This document shows, in pieces, positions 1-13,710 of a DNA stretch of 64,000 nt. The position numbers and the translations under genes are program-made. The DNA is from Octopus sinensis (taxonomy: Eukaryota). The stretch's first letter is position 1, and every line of letters starts with the position of its first letter. The stretch covers positions 1,984,001 through 2,048,000 of the forward strand of contig NC_043004.1 of NCBI RefSeq assembly GCF_006345805.1. The letters run 5' to 3'. The notes under the pieces are model-generated. The model saw only the letters and a program-made list of their open reading frames with translations. It had not been told where the DNA came from and searched no databases.

Positions 1-110
1 GTGAAATAAATTGTTTTGCTCAAGAACACAACTCACAGACCGATTCGAGAATCGAACTCACCATCTCACGATTGTGAAACCGACGCGCTAACTACTGAGC
101 CATGCACCTA
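1..110 (-). mobile_element. tRNA-headed SINE fragment (family D, CORE-like), 5' part
   Basis: The reverse complement gives a tRNA-like head with a B-box-like GTTCGATTC followed by GTGTTCTTGAGCAAAAC. A related piece lies at 40285-40410. Confidence 0.5.
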
Positions 111-289
111 TGTAGCTGTGTGTAGAAAAAAACGTATTAGAATTTATATCAACTGTCAATGATTCCCTTCCAGGAACCAGTCATCGCTAAGAATCAAAAG
201 TGTTGCGCTTGAGGAAAGAATAGTTCCTTATCCTGCCGAATTTCTAAATTCAAGAGACGCTTCTGTTATATCCTAAACACAACTAAACA

Positions 290-1150
290 AAATGTCCCCG
301 ACTTCGCTGCGGAATTTGAACTCCGAATGTAAGTGTACAATTAATATTAACATCTTACCTGAAATCAATTTCCGCCGATGTAGATTTTGCCTTTCATCCC
401 TTCGGGGTCGATATATGAAGTACCAGCAATCGACTTACGCCCTATCCCAAGATTCAGCCAAAATCTGACACCAATTTTAAGGTCCTATCTTAGGTTGAGG
501 TAGACAACTGGCAGAAACATTATCTTGCTGTAGAAAATACGTAATAGCATCTCATCCGTTTTTACGTTTTGAGTTGAAATCTCGCCAAGCTCGACTTTCA
601 CCATTTCGGAGTCGATAAAATAAGTACCAGCTGTATACTGGACGCATATAATAGACTTAACCCCCCCCCCCGCCACCACCACCACCAAGTGCCGGTTATT
701 TGAAAGTGGCATTAAGTTCCTATCTGTATCAAAACGCATTCGACATCGCAAGGCCTCTAGAAGCGCGTTGGAAAACTTTTATTTCTTAAATGAAAAATAA
801 CATCTGAAGAGTGATCTGTTAAGCTGAATATACCTTCCTTATGCACAGTTCTTGGCCATCTTCAGCTACTTTACGCCCGGGCATCGCCGCACGTAACCCT
901 TCTATATTTATGGAAGAAGATTCGAAATCTGAATTTGTATTGGTTTCAGGTTTTGGTATAAGGCTAGCAATTTCGGAGGATAAGTCGATGTAATCGACCC
1001 CAGTGCATAACTGGTACTTATCTTATCGACCTTGAAAGGATGAAAGGCAAAGTCAACATCGGTGAAATTTGAAACCAGAATGCAAAGGCGGACGAAATAC
1101 TGCTAAGCATTTTGTACGGCATCCTAACGATCTTGCCAGCTCCCCAACTT
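290..1150. mobile_element. Cluster of decayed SINE family A fragments (both strands)
   Basis: Shares the body motif GTCGACTTTGCCTTTCATCC-TTCGGGGTCGATAA-AAGTACCAG with many other copies in the window (about 365-480 +, 505-700 +, 940-1150 -). Confidence 0.7.
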
Positions 1151-1683
1151 ACTTAGAATCTACATTATAATTCAAGTGTCTGTGTGTTCGTGTGTTCATG
1201 CGCAAGAGTATGTGAACTCTAGCAGGATTTGAACTTAGAATATAAGGGAGCATAACACGATATCGCAGGGAGCTCCATCCAGCATTTTACCAAAATTGAC
1301 ATCCATCGTTTTTGCACGCAGCTTTAGAAATACACTTTATAGAAGAATACTTAGGATTTCAGTTACATCCTCATGATTGTGCATATGCGTCTACTTGCGA
1401 ATGTATATTATTTCATATAGACTCTCTAATACCATTTAATAGGAGGCGGTGTATCCGACTCTAATGCTTGAAGTATTTTCTAAAACAATATATTTGGCAC
1501 CCTAGTCTCTTAGAAGGATTTTTCTTATGCTTTTTCTTTTTAATACCCAAATATTACGTTGGTAATTCTGTGTTCTTTCCTTATGATAGATAAATTTATT
1601 TGTATAGCATGCATGCATAGCTGTCAAAACAACCGACAGCAATTTTCAATTGATTTGCCGCTTTTCCCCTAACACAATATGTT

Positions 1684-2008
1684 GATATATATATATATTA
1701 TATATATATATATATATATGCATCTATATATGTAGATAGTATGTGTGTATTTGTGTAGAGAGAGAGTGAGTGAAAGGGGGAGGGAACGATTAAAGGCAAA
1801 CATCTTATGATGTTTTTTTGTAGCTTTCTTCTAACACTTATTATTTTCATTGTGCACGTTAGTTCTGTGTGTGTGTGTATATAATATTTATGCATATATG
1901 TATGCGCTTAAGTGCGTAAAAAATAAAATATATGCGTATATATACACCTTACACCTGTATGTATATTTATATTTATTTGTGTGAAATACGTGTGTTTGTA
2001 TGCACGTA

Positions 2009-2080
<72 letters not shown>

Positions 2081-3252
2081 TGTACATCTACGTATATCAT
2101 GCGCATGCATATATAAATATGTAACACATATATGTGTATGTATGTATCTGCATAAGTATGGATGTATTTATATTCCCGAATTATTACTGCAGACAGAAAG
2201 CCAGTGAAAGCTGACCAATCTCCCCAAGCAACATATTAGGTCTTTCTTACAGATCTTGTTATTGTCGTCATTCCTTATTTGAAGCACGTCTTGTTCATAC
2301 AGTAAAAAATAAAGCAAATGAAAACTAGAAAAATCACATAAATAAATAGAAATAAGGATGATGGCAAAAAATATTCTTGCAAAAACCGTGAAGTGAGGGG
2401 TAAAAAGGTGGCGAAAATCAATTTGGTCTCTGCGTATTGGACCAAAGTCTTATGGTTGGTCACGAGCGCCATCTCTAGAGAGCAGTAAGAATTAAGATTC
2501 TCTGATATGAAATAGCTTAGCATCCCAGGGATTTTATTTGGCTTGTAACAAAATAACGATCTGAGATTATCTTTTATAAAATATGTGAATTGTACGGATC
2601 ATAGAGTAAAAAGGAAGAACAGAAAACTGTAAGCAGACCATTAGAAAATATCGGACGAGTGATGTGTTCTGATTGAAGCTTTGCTTTTTTGGACAATTGT
2701 GCTTAGAGATGGGGATGCTATAGCAAGCAGTATTTAAAAGGGAAGAGTGACTACGTGGGAGGGGACAAAGATGCTGCGGTAGAACTCCAAGAATTATCAC
2801 ACACTTAAAGAAATGATTTGCAAGTCAACTTTGAAGATCAATGTTTGGCCAGAAAACTTGACCTTTTTGCTTCTGTGCATAAAATGAGCTGGCTCAGTAA
2901 ATCATGCACATTCTTCTTTTATATTTTCTATATATATATTGTTCGTCTGCATTGTGTTTCCTCGTCAGTAAGTCTAACTCTATTTTATTGCTGCTGTATT
3001 TTGAGGGATATACGACAGCGAAAAAAGTATATGACAAAAAAATGGAAACGAATTAGATTAGAAACCAGGATAAGGATGATTATATGAAATATAATGGAAC
3101 TCATATTATGAACTAATACAGCCAATATTCTCTTATATCTTTTCTTTTTCTTCAGCTATCGCCTTCTTATTGTCTCTGCTTCTCTCTGTGAATGAAGCGT
3201 CTTAGTTTTTAAAAGTCTTCTGTTTTTGTTCGACACTTTTTGCCTCTTATCT

Positions 3253-3295
<43 letters not shown>

Positions 3296-3621
3296 GCATA
3301 CACACACCTCTCTGAGTATATGTGTATGTATGTCTGTTTCTCTGTGTGTGTGTGTGTGTGTACACATGTCTATACAAGAAAACAATTATTAAGCAAAGAG
3401 ATGAGAAGATGCGTTCTGATTTTTATTGGTGCATGTGGTGAATGGGTGGTTGTGAAAACTATTAATGCATCTATACATGTGCATATAATATGATTGTCCA
3501 CTACAGAGCTAATATATGTTTCTGCTAAGTAAAGAAACAGGAACTTAAGTCTCTGCAAAGTGTTATTACACTTTGTCGCATGTATAAAGTGAAGACATAT
3601 TCCTCACCAAACTCACGTTTA

Positions 3622-3663
<42 letters not shown>
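1684..3663. repeat. Microsatellites: (TA)n ~1684-1720, (TA)n(TG)n ~2013-2075, (TC)n ~3258-3293, (TAC)n ~3620-3663
   Basis: Directly visible simple repeats. Confidence 0.95.
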
Positions 3664-3664
<1 letters not shown>

Positions 3665-4103
3665 GTTGTTCATAATGATGATGCTTTGACTACCATTTTA
3701 GCACCATCAACAACAAGACCACCACCACCACCTCCCTCCTGCTGTTGCTACTGATGTCATGTTTGTTTTTCAAACTGTTTTGGACTACATTTGGCAATGA
3801 GTTAGTTAGTAAGTGGCGATTTGAGGGAGAATTAGCTGCTACATCTAGCAAGACGTTCGCTCTAAATCAACGAGGGCCTTGTGTGATGCACCGATCAGAG
3901 GAGTTCAGTGAAGAGGAATGCAGCAAGCTTTAAGTCTCAATATTCGTATAGTTTACAGAACCAGACCTATGACAATTTACAACGTGTAGAATAAAAAATC
4001 ACAATTTACAACGTGTAGTCGATAGGTCGATTCTATTTCATACAGAATATCCTGAACAAAGATATAATACAGTGTCGGTGACTGGTTATTATTCTCGCCA
4101 AAA

Positions 4104-4625
4104 GGGCGAGCTGGCAGAATCGTTAGCACACCGGGTGCAATGTTCTGCTGTATTTCGTCTGCCACTACGTTCTGAGTTCAAATTCAGCCGAAGTCGACTT
4201 CGTCTTTCATCCTTTCAAGTCGATAAATTAAGTACTAGTTACGCACTGGGCTCAATGTAATCGACTTAATCCGTTTGTTCCCTCTGTGTTTAGCCCCTTG
4301 TGGGTAGTAAAGAAATAGGTATTTCGTATGCCACTACGTTCTGAGTTCAACTTCCGCCGAGGTCGACTTTGCCTTTCATCCTTTCGGGGTCGATAAATTA
4401 AGTACCAGTTAAATTAAGTACCGTTTGTCTGTCCTGGTTTGGCCCCTTGTGGGTAGTAAAGAAATAGCTATTTCGTCTGTTTTTACGCTCTGCGTTCAAA
4501 TTCCGCCGAGGTCGACTTTGCTTTTCATCTTTCGTGGTCTATAAATTAAGTACCAGTTGCGTACTGGGGTCGATCTAATCGACTGGCCCCACCCTCAAAT
4601 TTCAGGCCTTGTGCCAGAGTAGGAT
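4104..4625 (+). mobile_element. SINE family A, one head plus three head-to-tail body units
   Basis: Head GGCGAGCTGGCAGAATCGTTAGCAC (A-box-like) and B-box-like GAGTTCAAATTC. The body restarts at about 4152, 4321 and 4470, joined by GCCCCTTGTGGGTAGTAAAGAAATAG. Confidence 0.8.
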
Positions 4626-4824
4626 GGATACTATTCTTACCGAAATTTATAGCTGAGGCTTCGCTGATTCGGTCATCATATTCTTCTTTTTGTTGATATC
4701 TACAACATATAAGAATGGACACGTGGTCAAGAAGTTGTACAAAAGGCTTAAGCTCCATTAAATCGGAAATCAAGCATTGCTATGTAATGAAGACGTATGT
4801 AAACATTCAGGTCTTGGCTTTACC

Positions 4825-5050
4825 TCATTGCAGCTAAAATGTTCAGAACGGCATTATTTTCGTCAGAAAAGTAGGTATAATTTCTTTATCAAATTTGTTT
4901 TATATTCTATAATTTTCACAGACAATAAATACGATATTATTTTTTATTGTCTGAGATTTGGGTGTACTTTAAGAGGATAATACAAAAGTTATGGATGATT
5001 TAGTGATTTACTGCAAAACCCATGGCGGCCAAAATGATCAGAACGGTTGC
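4825..5050 (+). repeat. Left TIR with outer (4830-4851) and inner (5025-5046) direct repeats
   Basis: GCAGCTAAAATGTTCAGAACGG versus GCGGCCAAAATGATCAGAACGG; mirrored in the right TIR. Confidence 0.85.
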
Positions 5051-5166
5051 TTTTACTCCGCGTTTTAGTATATTGAACCGGCGAACTCTAACGTTTTGAA
5101 TTTGTTTACTTGACGGTTCGTTTACTAAACATTAGTAAGAATATCTGCAGTGAACTTTGTTTATAT

Positions 5167-6180
5167 AATGCCACTTACTCCGTTACCAATTCGTCAGCAG
5201 ATTATTAAGCTTCGAAAGAATGATAGTTTTGGGTCTATTGCAAAGATTGTTAACAAGTCAAAAAGTGTTGTTCATGGTATTCTTAAGGTCTACGATGATT
5301 GTGGTTCATGTGAAGCAAGAAAGTCTACAGGTAGGCCAAGAAAAACGACCAAGAGAGAAGATCGTGCTTTGGTAAAGTTGGTTAAAAAGGACAGATTTAA
5401 AACTTCTGCTGCTGTTTTTCAGGAAATGAACATTGTACTGAAGAAAACTTTATCTCGAAAAACAGTGTCTCGTCGTTTAGTTGAACATGACCTACAAGCA
5501 AGAGCACCTGCAGTGAAGCCACTGATCAGCTCCAAGAATAAAAAGAGTCGTCTTACCTTTGTAACCGAACATGTGTTGTGGTCTCAAGAAGAATGGCAAA
5601 CGGTGCATTTCAGTAATGAATCTAAGTTTATGTTATTTGGCTCAGATGGGAAAAGGTACGTTCGTCGAAAAGTAGGTGAAAAATTGTCGACTAAATGCCT
5701 TAAGACTAGTGTTAAATTCGGTGGAGGAAGTGTCATGGTTTTGGGGATGATATCTGGAGATGGTGTGGGCCCTTTGGTGTGATTACATGGAAAGTAAAAT
5801 GCAGGAGTTTATAAACAACTTGTAAAAGATCATGTCTTGCCTGTGCTCAGAAATTCAACTAAGTGACCACCCATATTCATGCAGGACAATGCCCCATGTC
5901 ACAAGGCTAAAGTGGTCATGAACTTCCTCAAGGCTGAAAAGGTTATTGTTATGGATTGGCCTGCTCAAAGCCCAGATCTCAATCCTATTGGAAATGTGTG
6001 GAATATTCTAGGAGAACGTTCGAAAGCCAGAAATCCTAAAACAACCGATCAATTATGGAATGCCCATCAGAAAGAAAATTGAATAAGATCACCCAGCAAG
6101 AAATTGAAAATTTAATTTCATCATGCAGTCGAAGATGTCAAAGTGTGATTGAAGCTAAAGAGCTTCACGCTAAATATTAA
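5167..6180 (+). pseudogene. Tc1 DD34E transposase pseudogene
   Basis: Paired-like HTH, GRPRKTT, FSNESKF (first catalytic D to N), KFGGGSVMV, MQDNAPCH, WPAQSPDLNPIGNVW (E to G, with 34 residues between the second D and that position). In-frame stops at ~5780-5865 and a frameshift at ~6075; the C-terminus ...RRCQSVIEAKELHAKY* ends at 6180. Confidence 0.93.
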
Positions 6181-6225
6181 ATAATTCCAGTATTCTCTGT
6201 CATTTTTTATTATTTTGTTATTTTT

Positions 6226-6452
6226 GCAACCGTTCTGATCATTTTGGCCAGCATGGGTTTTGCAGTAAATCACTAAATCATCCATAACTTTTGTATTATG
6301 CTCTCAAATTACACCAGAATCGCAGACAATAACAAACAATATTGTTTTTATTGTCTGTGAAATTTATAGAATATAAAACAACTTTGATAAAAAAAATTAT
6401 ACCTACTTTTCTGACGAAAACAATGCCGTTATGAACATTTTGGCCGCAACTG
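6226..6452 (-). repeat. Right TIR of the Tc1 element
   Basis: Reverse complement of the left TIR with scattered substitutions. Confidence 0.9.
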
Positions 6453-6900
6453 TATATATATATACTTAGAAATACAGCTTACATGTAATGCGTTGAAGCC
6501 TAGTGATGTTTCCATTTCTCTTCAGCTTAATGAGTGCAGTGCGGGAAAGATTTGCCTACATGTGGAAGTGTCTCAGGTGATTTGGCACAAAATGACTCGA
6601 ATATGTGCCGCATACATATGTTGTTTGATTCTTACTATTCCCTCTCTTTGAATATTGAATATCCTATTCATATTCAGTACGTATGTGTATTTATTTGTTG
6701 CTAATGTCGTTGTTTAACTTTTGAGTCGTCCTGATCCATTGAGCTATGATCCAAGATGTTCCCACCGACCAAATCCTCATATTTTTAAGACAGTCACCAT
6801 CTGTAACTGCTTCCAAAATTATTTCCCCTAAGATGCGTTGCGAGTCGATTTGGTAGACGGAAAATGAAAGAAGCCCGTCGTATATATATCTATATATATA

Positions 6901-6960
6901 CAGGGGTTGGACAACATAATGGAAACACCTAGCATCATAACATCATAATTTTGAAATATC
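6901..6960 (+). mobile_element. Isolated Tc1-like terminus
   Basis: TA|CAGGGGTTGGACAACATAATGGAAACACC resembles Tc1 TIR starts; no partner TIR was found. Confidence 0.45.
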
Positions 6961-7539
6961 TATAAAACCCTCAAAAGCCTGTTTATTTCTATGTTTTTTT
7001 TTTTTATTTAAATTGTTTTATTTCTTTGATTGCGGCAATGCCGTGTCCACAGCTTTGAAGGGTTTATTTCTGTCTTTTTCAGCCATTTGCTATATATGGA
7101 TCTACTTCATTCCTATTTTTCTCGGGTAGACCCTCAAATCCATTCGATGTTTTAAAACATGCTATTATATATCTATATTCAGGTGTTATTATGATTTGAA
7201 ATTTAAAAAAATATTTTGTGCATTGGAGAAGTATAAATAATTTGTTCTAAACTCAATTTTACAAGCAAAATCATATGTTGACCACCAAGGATCGTGTAGC
7301 CCCCATTGAGAACCACTTACTTCCTTAAAAAGCGAACCCAGCCACCATGTGGCGGAGGTGGGAAACAAACTCAAAGACATACACACACAAACATGTGTGT
7401 GTGTGTGTGTGTCTGTGTGTGTGTGTGCGTGTGTATGTGTGTATGTATCTGTCTGTTTCTGTATATATGTAGAGAAAGAGATAGAAAGAGACAGACAGAT
7501 AAACAAACAGATAGAAAAATAGGTATAAGGACAGAAAAA

Positions 7540-7630
7540 ATTATAGATAGACAGATAGACAGATAGACCGACAGACAGACAGACAGTTAGATAGATAGAT
7601 ACATACATACATACCTAGACAGAAATATAA

Positions 7631-7706
<76 letters not shown>

Positions 7707-7730
7707 GGAGAGAGGGAGAGAGAGAGAGAA
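7540..7730. repeat. Compound (TAGA)n/(CAGA)n/(GA)n microsatellite
   Basis: Directly visible. Confidence 0.95.
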
Positions 7731-8582
7731 TTACATGTCGTGTTTCCGGACAGTTTTCGTCTACCGAATCCACTCAGATACAATTCGTGTTAGTTGGCCG
7801 GAAGTTTTGGTAGAAGATATTTGCCCAATTTCCCGCACAATGGGGCTGAAACCGAAACGACGTGGATTCAACGACGGGGATTTTTTTTTTGTTTTTAACC
7901 CTAGGCTTCTCTTTATTACTATTATCATGGGTGCATATATGTAAATGTGAGTATATGCGTATGTGTGTATCGATATTTATTTCTTTGTACCGTTACATAT
8001 TTGCCTATGTTCGCTTATGTTGCATTGGTTAAAATTTAACATACGTTTCTATTTTCTTTCATCATCATCATCATCATCAACGTCATCATCACAACCATCA
8101 TCATCATCATTATTCATTTATCCGTTTATTTATTTTTTGCTACGGTAAAATCTAACAGTTTTCAATTTCCTTTATTATCTTTATTAACAGATATTGGGCG
8201 CTGGTTAAAAACAAATATAAATTTTCTTCATTCATTGATTTATTTAGCGAAGAACTAGTTCTGTCTGTTTATTTTTTCTTCTTCTTTATGTTACTGAATG
8301 CATAATTGATGTCTGCAAAGTTTTTAAATGTTATTTCGTGTTCTTCTTTCAATTTCGCTGCTCTTAGTTTGAAATCGAAAATATAAAATTTTTAGCAAAA
8401 ATATGAAAAATATGCATCGTAAATAAGGTTAAGTAGTCGAATGTGTAAATTTGCTTCCGTATGAATGTGTATGCGTGTGTATGTGTGCCTAGTAGTGAGC
8501 ATATCTATGTATATATGGATGTACTTATATCCATGTGTGTGTGCATATAACATGTTCCTATAATACATACATAAATACGTAC

Positions 8583-8640
<58 letters not shown>

Positions 8641-10019
8641 AAACATGTGTATATATATACATATATACATTGATTTGTGCGTATGTATGTAGGTATATAC
8701 ATGTATAAACATGTGTATGTATCTCTATATGATATGTTTGTATCTGTGCGTATTATATGTGAAATCGAATGTGTGAGAGGAAAAGATAGGAGAGAAGGAA
8801 AGAGATAAGAAAGAATGCAAGAAAGAAAGAAAGAGAAAAATGATGTTTTGCCGAAGTTCTACCTACTTGCGTGTCTAACTGCAAACAGTATATATGTGTG
8901 TGTGAGCGAATGTGTATATATATGTATGTAGAATCGGATGAATGAAAGTGTATAACAACACGTGTATGTAAGTATTAAAATGTAAAAGCGGGACAAATTT
9001 ACGAAAAAAAAAAAAGTTTAGTTGTTTGATTGTTTTGCTTTAATTTAATTTTTATTTTACTTATTTGTTTATTTATTTTTTTTATTATGAAATTGTGAAA
9101 AGAAGAAAATTAATGAAAGCAAACTGGAAATTCTGGCACAAGGAAACATAACGTATGGTCGAATATTTGAATGAGGTATAAAATTGCCTCTGGCACTAAG
9201 CGGCGAAATACGAAACTATTGTTGCTCATCTATCTCGGATTTGGTTTTTACTAGAGAGAAAGGTTGAAGTTAGAGATGGCGCAATGTGCTTGACGGTAGA
9301 TGTGGGGTGTTGCTGGCTTGGAGTACACACAGGAATAAATAAATAATAAATGATTAATAAACGTCAAAACAATATTTTTTTTTCATTTTGTATGTGTGTG
9401 TATGTGTGTGTGTGTGTGATTTTCTGCTGTTGACGTTGTTGTTGTTATTGCGAGTGTAGCTCTTTGATTTCTATTGCCTTACTTTAAACAGTTCTTTACA
9501 AGTAATTTCTGTCAACGGTGGGGGAAATTAAAGTTGGAAAAGAACGGCGTTAATAAAATAAAAGAAAGGAAACGAATTTGAACAAAAACGGCGAGTAACA
9601 AATTGAAAGTAAGTATAACGTAAATATCAAAATAAAAACAAGACCAAAGCGAATCTACCAAAAAAAAAAAAATTATTTCGCATGTAGATTCGAATGGAAC
9701 ATCTTGTAGTTTGTTTAAATCTCTGTTTAGCTCGAGGTTGTAAAATTCTAAATGAGCTGAAAATTTGAAGAAATATATAGCAAACATAGAGGAGAAATTG
9801 AATTTAATTTATCTCCAGCTGGGGAGGACTATTTAATCAGTTCGGCCTGCTGGCAAGTCATTTAATCACATTTCCTACATTGTATATTGGCGAATAATCA
9901 GCCAGCGAGTGATGTGGGATAGAGAGAGGAACTGGCCGGACTTGCTGATCACGGTAATTCATTAATGATAGAAAAATCTTGTTTTTCTTAACTTTTTAAA
10001 AGTACTTTATTTTTTATTC

Positions 10020-10135
10020 GAAGTGAATCCGTGGAGGTTGGGCTCTGATATTAAATAGTTTAGGCCCCCGAAAACTGGTGGATAGAAAGGCGTATGCGCC
10101 TGGGATCTTCAGATTGAGTAGCTGCTGATCCCAAG
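10020..10135 (-). mobile_element. CR1/L2-like LINE 3' coding fragment
   Basis: Minus-strand ...SFRGPKLFNI... motif, also seen at 25775-25970. Confidence 0.45.
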
Positions 10136-11539
10136 TTTGTCTCTGTGTGTGTGTATGCGTGTGCGCATGCGTGTGTGCGCATGCGTGTATGCGTACGCGT
10201 GCACGTGTGTGCGCGAGCATGCTTGTATATGTATGAGTTCCAGTAGCTGTATATATGCAGTGGTCAATGTGTAGATCGATTAGATATGTTTCCTATTCTA
10301 TCGACTGTGACATGATCCTAGACAGGAGCAGAGATCCAAGGCGTCAATATCCATAGAAAAGGTATCGGGGAGAGGACAATAAAAATAAGAAAAACGTAGA
10401 AATTTTACTGGTGAGTGTGTTACATAATAAGGCACACAAAGAAAATGACTCTCCCAGACACAATAGAATATGCTTCAACACACGAACTCATATAAAGAAT
10501 CTTGCAAACCAAGTCCAATAAAGGTATTTTTCTTTTCTTTCTAAACGTTCTCAAGACCCAAACTGCAAAATACCTTCATGGATTTGCACTTTTAGTTATA
10601 TATCCATCGAGCGAGGCATCATTATTTATTATCAGTTCCATATTTTGAAGATCATGACACATCCATTTGTACAACCCCCCCCCACACACACACACGCCGT
10701 ACACTAGCATACGCACGCATGTATATATGTAGATAGTTAAGAATTCACTGAGTTTCATCTCAAAGCTCGTGTCGAATCAATCGTATTTCAGCAAACTTTC
10801 TCATTGGTGAATGGAAGAGACCCTTACTTCTGAGCCTATGAAACTCTAAGAGCCGTCTAAAGCATAAATTGGTTAACTAGAAATATTAATTCATTGATTG
10901 CCCCTGTTATTTTAACAAAGGAAATTGCTGACAATATCTTCCTAGTTTCCGCAGTCTGAGTAAGAGGTTTCATCTCTTATTCATTTCACATCATCGAAGC
11001 GAAAATAAGCACGAGGATTACAGTATTATTTTAATCTAAAACATGATGAATGTAAGAGCGATCCTGGTTTAACTGTACATATACCACTACTGCTTATCTT
11101 ATCCATAATGGTTTCAAATTTTGGCCAATAAAACTGGGAAACCGGCCCTTATGAGCTTGGCATGGCTCGAGAAGGAAACTTTTGTCTGTTTATATTTTAG
11201 AAGAGCTACCATCAATTAAGAAGAGATCACGGGAAAAGACAGGGGCCAAACTAAACATTGTGCCAGTGTCCTAGTCGTCAAACATTCAACTTTCCCTATA
11301 TTTATTTCTTCCGTCTAAAAAGCATTTAAATTAGACACTCACAAACACATTGATTTCTGACATAAACTATGAATAATCGATTTAATTGACAAGTATTTCG
11401 CTGGTTCTTACTTTCTAGAATTATGAAAGCTGAAGGTAATATTGACGTTATCCGAATTAAAACCATAAGCACAACTACATAAAGCATAGCTTGTCCATCG
11501 CTTTTCAAAATCTCTGAAACCATCGTCCGGAAACCCATA

Positions 11540-12150
11540 ATATATTGATCTCAAATTTTGGCACAAGGCCAGCAATTTCGGAGTGAGGGTTGTGGGCAAG
11601 TAGATTATATCGACACCAGTGCTCAGATGATACTTTTATCGAACTTGAATGGATGGAATGCAAAGTGGATTTCGGTGGAATTTAAACTGAGGGCGTAAAG
11701 ACAGACGAGACGCTGCTAGAAATTTTGTCCAGTGTAGTAACGATTCAGCCAGGGCGTCGCCTTCAAATCCAAAATAATATTGGCTTCAAATTTTGACACA
11801 AAGTTAGCAGTTTCAGGGAAGGGCTTAAGTCGACTACATCGGCACTAGTCTTCGACTGGTACTTATTTTATGGAGCTTGAAGGATATAATGCAAAGTTGA
11901 CCTCCGCAGAATTTGAACTCAGAACGTAGAGACAGACGAAATACCTATTTCTTTACTACTCACGAGGGGCTAAACACAGAGAGAACAAACAAGGATAGAC
12001 AAACATATTAAGTCGATTATATCGACCCCAGTGCATAACTGGTTCTTAATTTATCGACCCCGAAAGGATGAAAGGCAAAGTCGACCTCGGCGGAATTTGA
12101 ACTCAGAACGTAACTGCAGACGAAATACCGCTAAGCATTTTGCTTGGTGT
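11540..12150 (-). mobile_element. Two to three SINE family A units (including the tandem linker)
   Basis: Reverse complement of the family A body. The linker ACCTATTTCTTTACTACTCACGAGGGGCTAAACAC is at ~11943-11975. Confidence 0.75.
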
Positions 12151-13129
12151 GACAAAGATTCTGTTAGTCCACCACTTAGAAATCCAGAATAAAATTAAGA
12201 TGCTATTGACCTGGATACATACATACGTATAAAATAGTAGAGGATTTCGAATCGAAAGCATGAACGAATATATGTGTGTGTATATATATATAAACTTGTT
12301 TCCCTATGGCCTTATTGTTGGTTATAAATATTACATAACTTATTATTAAAGTGCTTTAGTTCTGTGATAGTAAATTGGGTTTCTGACGTATTTCAAATAT
12401 GTTTTGCTTCTAGTTCGTCCTATAATTTGTTTTAGTTTCCCGTTTGCTCACTAATTACGTACAAATTAACAACGGAAAATTAAATACAGAAATATCAATC
12501 ATACTTAAAACATGTTCTTCTAATATTTCATTTTCTGTTTTCAAATATCAACAATAAGAACGCACATTATTTATGAACTTAGTGAACAGATTACGTGGGA
12601 AATATATTCATTTGGTCTAAGAGAAGTCATTCACGAAAAATAATAGAAAGGAAAGCAAAGTTGAATACAAATTATTTTAGGCAGAGACTTTTATTAAGGA
12701 AGATGGCCAAATCAGTAACATGCTAGGGTAGCGGACGACGGGGTCGGGACTTCGGTCTTGTTTCTGTTGCCAAATCACATAACTTTCTGACTGACTGGCT
12801 TTTGATTCATCAGCTGCGCATACGGAGAGGTGAAAGAGCGAAGGAAAAAATATCTTGAGATATATAATCTGGCTCTTAGTTATCGACTCAAATTCCGTTG
12901 TAGGCACGTTTGCTTTTCAGTATTTTGGGGTCGATGAAGTAAAGTTCAAGAATGTAAATTGACAATGTAACATGTTCTGGTTCTTTGTACTTAGATGCCA
13001 TGAGAAATATTCTTAATTTTTCACCCATTTTCCACCAGAAGCATCTGGTTATTACATGTCTTTAGCTAAGTTCATTCTAGCTCGTGTTCTAGTTTCAAAG
13101 TTTGACACCAGGCCAGCAGTTTTGAGGGG

Positions 13130-13700
13130 AGGGGTATGTCGATTGAATCGCCGCATTTCCATTGATCAATAAGGATAAGGGGCATCAGATGATTTCTCAG
13201 CAGAGGATCTCCTTGCGTGAAAAACTCAAATGGGATGTTGTCTGATCCTGAAGCTTTGCCCGGATTCATGCGCTCGAGTGCCTTATTGAACTCATGGGCG
13301 AGGGCCGCAGAGGCATCCAATGGCGGATGGGAAGCTGTGAGGGTGTTTTGGAGGAGATTATCTGGAGTGCGTGAGTGGTCGTTAATTAGGCTCTCGAAAT
13401 GAGACTTTAAGCGATCGAGGATTCCGTGGGTATCGGTTATCGTAGAGCTATCTGCGTGCTTCAGGCCACTCACTGATGACCCTGTGGGGCCGAAGATCTC
13501 CTTGGTTGCGGCAAAAAAGCGGCGCAAGTCTCTTTGGTCCGCATAGTTTTTCATCTCATCTGCTTTTCTCAGCAGCCAGATGTTCTGAGATTCTCTAATT
13601 CCCCGCTGGCATTCCGCTGATGCTTGCTGGTGTTTTCGTCGGTTATCCGCAGTGGCATGGTTCTTGAAGGCGAGGCGCGTCAGGAATTTAGTGACATATA
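13130..13700 (-). mobile_element. RTE-clade LINE fragment (endonuclease-RT linker into the RT N-terminus)
   Basis: ORF 13072..13710: WLLRKADEMKNYADQRDLRRFFAATKEIFGP...PGKASGSDNIPFEFF, typical of RTE/BovB-like ORFs. Visibly more GC-rich than its flanks. Confidence 0.8.
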
Positions 13701-13710
13701 GAGAAACCAC

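Larger units (their letters stand above)
4825..6452 (+). mobile_element. Tc1-family DNA transposon, full length (~1.63 kb), inactive
   Basis: Long inverted repeats at ~4825-5050 and 6226-6452. The right end is ...GGCCGCAACTG followed by TA, and a transposase pseudogene lies inside. Confidence 0.93.

Noticed and set aside
13473-13500. CUGAUGA...GAAG resembling a hammerhead
   Set aside because: It lies antisense within RTE coding sequence, stem II does not close next to the core and there is no stem I or III.
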